DNA from: an uncultured Desulfatitalea sp. | Lineage (GTDB): Bacteria > Desulfobacterota > Desulfobacteria > Desulfobacterales > Desulfosarcinaceae | Assembly (NCBI GenBank): GCA_963668675.2 | Contig: CAXXMB010000001.1 | Location: 128,001 to 192,000, forward strand | Length of the DNA: 64,000 nt | Direction: 5' to 3' | In this document: one piece after another, positions 61,901-64,000 of the stretch | Position numbering within the stretch: position 1 is the first letter of the stretch | Layout: each line of letters begins with the position of its first letter | Translations under genes and position numbers: made by a program | Notes under the pieces: model-generated | The model's input: the letters and a program-made list of their open reading frames with translations, nothing else | The model's database searches: none | What the model was told of the DNA's origin: nothing

Positions 61901-62236
61901 GGCACCGGGGTGCTGACCGGAGAGGTCAGCGATGCCCAAACCCTGCTGCCGATCGACACCGCCAAGGTGCTGACCGATCTTGGCCAGCACTGCCGATCCA
62001 TTTCAGGCATTTACATGATGGTCGTTCCGGCTGGCATATATGACACCTTTGCTCTGGCCGAAAACTACGACATGGCCGTAAACGAAAACGTCACCGTGGT
62101 GGGCAGCGATGTGACCCGCCAGGATTTTAATATGGTGGCCGGCACCGCCGTCGGCCCGGCGGGCAACACCACCGATCCGGACGGATCTTCCGGCGGGGGT
62201 GGCTATTGTTTCATCGGTGCAATAGGCCTCAATTGA
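58994..62236 (+). CDS. Large secreted BNR/VPS10-like multi-propeller protein with C-terminal GGGG-x-CFI motif
   Basis: Signal peptide; about ten Asp-box-like SxDGGxTW motifs; about seven I(L/V)(H/R)(Y/F)DGxxW repeats; ends SSGGGGYCFIGAIGLN. Confidence 0.8.
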   Translation: MHMRRCLWGLLLLLFMTVGLPTGINAQDHTMWTDLGIFGGSIKDLAVDPINPDRIFAATYLGRGLYLSEDGGTTWQALEMPGTIEGEDTFNEQLVSSVAVAPSNPDVVWVAHNYWVAKSIDGGQTWIHFTNYGVQQGCTNCGGYYDGWRLCYAIAIDPADPDTVYVGASGANGSDIGGAIYVTTDGGTIWSKLNQGANLDYRVDDLAVSPESPQIVWAVTNSNGYGGVYDGTVYRSENGGQTFAGVQPKPTVGGIVAIAPKPDDPDVVFVTGGYGMVQLDYDGSQWIASYPVLESAMASDVVFAPSSPNTVYASWNRPNDTFWNGDGLPKVSRGVFDGSSWSWETFLSDSQNATAFNALAVHATDPGTVFGGDFSLGVLVSEDSGENWTPTNEGLDAVVVYDVDVDDANTAHMLAASGSGLYERADAGSPWVRRHIGAFRSVEFHPSSSTAYYGGGSGIVARTTDNGATWAYSDSLGYVYVHDVAVDALDPSRVYITTGHYGQQVMRSTDGAATFQAVLSGVNQSGQAYSMNRVIIDPHDRMHLFAAGGNFYSPYVLGDLWQSGDGGDTWQRTGLTDTVVNAVIVDPRDPNVLYAGCGFSQNYLDPVMKSTDGGATWASASSGMPPARRTFYSIWAPSGEATPFAVGSWGYIIRFDGNRWETMEVPTESTLYGIFGLSGNDVYAVGANGAIVHYDGAAWQLMTSNTSATLYKVWAADASNVYAVGQGGIILHFDGTQWSQMISPVTEDLYEVRGNAANDIFASGVGGMILHYDGSNWQSMSSGTSVTIGALWPLSAADVFAVGDDGVILRYDGTGWSSMQSNITGDLWGAWGSAADNVYAAGPGGHLLHFNGTAWELIDLEPSRYYMELWGAETGEIYMADGNSIIWRYDGEEITASRERGTYFRSTTDLAFHRVNPDIVYASTYQAGVHITPNQGGDWLNLGAPINSVYAIASGSLYAATASGMYQLTGTGVLTGEVSDAQTLLPIDTAKVLTDLGQHCRSISGIYMMVVPAGIYDTFALAENYDMAVNENVTVVGSDVTRQDFNMVAGTAVGPAGNTTDPDGSSGGGGYCFIGAIGLN

Positions 62237-62282
62237 ATTTGGCTTTAGAGCGATCATACGAACTTTTACGCTAAGGTCTCAT

Positions 62283-63629
62283 ATGCGAAGTTTAAAAGCG
62301 CTGGGTGCCGCACTTCTTCTTCCGGTTATCTGTTTCACCATTTTCGTCCCACCCACCCAAGCCGATACGATTTTTCAACAGGTGGGCATCGCCTCGCCGC
62401 CTGTGCCGGTCGGCTCCGGTGCCCGTGCCATGGGAATGGGCGGCGCGTTCATCGCCGTTGCCGATGACGCAACCGCAGCCTCCTGGAATCCGGGCGGCCT
62501 CATTCAACTGGAGCGACCGGAGCTATCCATCGTGGGGGCTTACGGTGTGCGTCAAAGCGACTATACTTCCGAGAGCAGGGGCATCGAGACCTCCTCCAGC
62601 GACCGGGAAGCATTCCTCAACTATTTCAGCGCCGCCTTGCCGTTCCATTGGCACAAGAACATGGTGGTCTCCCTCAACTACCAGCGCTTATTTGAATTCG
62701 GGCGCAGCCTAAACTATGACCTCAGCCTGGCTTCTCCGGGCGTGGCCCTGGACCAGCACGTCGATTACGATCAGAGCGGCTCTATCGGGGCTTTGGGCGT
62801 CGCAGGGGCATTGGAGCTGACACCGCGCCTCTCGATCGGCGTCACCGTGAACCTGTGGACCGATGAGTTGGGCTGGGATAACGGTTGGAGTGAAACCTAC
62901 CACGTCAACAGCAGCGGCACCCAGGCCGGTGTGCCGGTGGAGATAGACACGCGCATCGACGAGGAGTACGATAAGTTTCGCGGCGTCAATTTCAATGTGG
63001 GGGTGCTATGGGAGACGCCTTCATGGGGAAAGCTGGGCGCTGTGGTCAAAACCCCTTTCAAGGCCAGCATGGTGCACCGCTTCGAGTTCAACGAGACCAT
63101 CACCTATGGGCCGCCGCTTAACAGCACGACCACCAGCGGACCGTTCATCACCGACGAGGAGGTCACCCTCAATATGCCAGTCTCTTATGGATTGGGATGG
63201 TCCCGTCGTTTCAACGACCTCTTAACGGTCAGCGTCGATCTCTATCGCACCGAATGGGGGGACTATAAACTGGTCGACAGCCAGGGCAATGAGTTCAGCC
63301 CCATTGACGGACGTTTGAAAAACCAGTCCGATGTGGATGCCACCACCCACGCCCGCATCGGTGCCGAGTATCTGATCCTGCTGCCGAATAAGGATATGGC
63401 CCTGCCGTTGAGGGCCGGCATTTTCTATGACCCCGAGCCCGGAGAAGGGTCCCCTCGTGATTTCTACGGCATTGCAATAGGAGGGGGGATCAGTAAACAG
63501 CGCTACAGTTGTGACCTGGCCTACCAGCTGCGTTGGGCCAAAGATGCTGATGCCGGAACGCTGATCGCAGAGGCCGAGGCCGATGTCTGGCAGCACACGG
63601 TGCTGCTCTCTCTGATCTATTATTTTTAG
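62283..63629 (+). CDS. FadL/OmpP1 (PorV-like) outer-membrane beta-barrel protein
   Basis: Signal peptide, GARAMGMGGAFIAVADDATAASWNPGGL, amphipathic strands, C-terminal YYF. Confidence 0.8.
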   Translation: MRSLKALGAALLLPVICFTIFVPPTQADTIFQQVGIASPPVPVGSGARAMGMGGAFIAVADDATAASWNPGGLIQLERPELSIVGAYGVRQSDYTSESRGIETSSSDREAFLNYFSAALPFHWHKNMVVSLNYQRLFEFGRSLNYDLSLASPGVALDQHVDYDQSGSIGALGVAGALELTPRLSIGVTVNLWTDELGWDNGWSETYHVNSSGTQAGVPVEIDTRIDEEYDKFRGVNFNVGVLWETPSWGKLGAVVKTPFKASMVHRFEFNETITYGPPLNSTTTSGPFITDEEVTLNMPVSYGLGWSRRFNDLLTVSVDLYRTEWGDYKLVDSQGNEFSPIDGRLKNQSDVDATTHARIGAEYLILLPNKDMALPLRAGIFYDPEPGEGSPRDFYGIAIGGGISKQRYSCDLAYQLRWAKDADAGTLIAEAEADVWQHTVLLSLIYYF

Positions 63630-63661
63630 TGGTATTTTTAGGTATTCTCAGGGCGCCTTCC

Positions 63662-63937
63662 CTATCGCTCCCCCCATCCCCCACCGCGTGCCTCAATGTC
63701 AGCCAGGCGAACGGGCGCCATACTGTAGCCGTTATCCGCTGCGCGGCGATACCACATGATGGCTTTCATCAAATCCTTGGCTTGGAAATCGCTACGTTCG
63801 AATTGGTCGGCCATTTTATATTGGACTGCAGCATCACCGTGGCGTGCATTCCAGATCATCACCTCGCGCAGGATTCCACGGCCGATGATGACAGTACTGA
63901 TTAGCACCACTAGAGTTACACTGAAGTAGCGGATCAC
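63662..63937 (-). CDS. Short Sel1-like repeat protein (possibly truncated)
   Basis: ARHGDAAVQYKMA...KDLMKAIMWYRRAADNG; GTG start uncertain, in-frame stop just upstream. Confidence 0.5.
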   Translation of the reverse strand: MIRYFSVTLVVLISTVIIGRGILREVMIWNARHGDAAVQYKMADQFERSDFQAKDLMKAIMWYRRAADNGYSMAPVRLADIEARGGGWGER

Positions 63938-64000
63938 CAGCTTGGTCCAATTCTCGTCGACAAATTAGATCCAACACCACGCACGTTCGTCTTTCATGAA

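Noticed and set aside
1..64000. rRNA, tRNA, prophage, integrase or transposase genes
   Set aside because: None recognised by eye; only short non-autonomous repeats were found

Overview
Gene-dense chromosomal window, probably from a sulfate-reducing deltaproteobacterium (Desulfobacterales-like; inferred from gene content and abundant sigma54 regulation, not from a marker gene). Left to right: a DMT transporter, polar and branched-chain amino-acid ABC transporters, a beta-keto-acid operon (XRE, BKACE, acetoacetate-CoA ligase, AtoE), a Rossmann/PAS kinase + sigma54 regulator + archaemetzincin + Cys-rich GcvH-like module, an orphan YcaO, a lipoprotein/ECF sigma/anti-sigma/membrane CHAT protease operon, a sigma54-controlled 3-hydroxybutyrate/CoA-transferase/TRAP locus, mgtE, pyk, a five-gene ATP-grasp/alpha-E/transglutaminase cluster, and a large secreted beta-propeller protein next to a FadL/PorV-like barrel. 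No rRNA, tRNA, CRISPR array, transposase or phage gene was seen. The best candidate for an undescribed system is 24101-30052: a CRISPR-independent trans-envelope pathway in which a caspase-like protease may cleave a soluble anti-sigma factor, with a repeated ECF-type promoter (TGCAAGA-N15-CGTCYAT) visible in the sequence. Nested and chimeric MITEs and two unannotated zinc-ribbon microproteins were also found. All product calls come from motifs recognised by eye; no database search was run.
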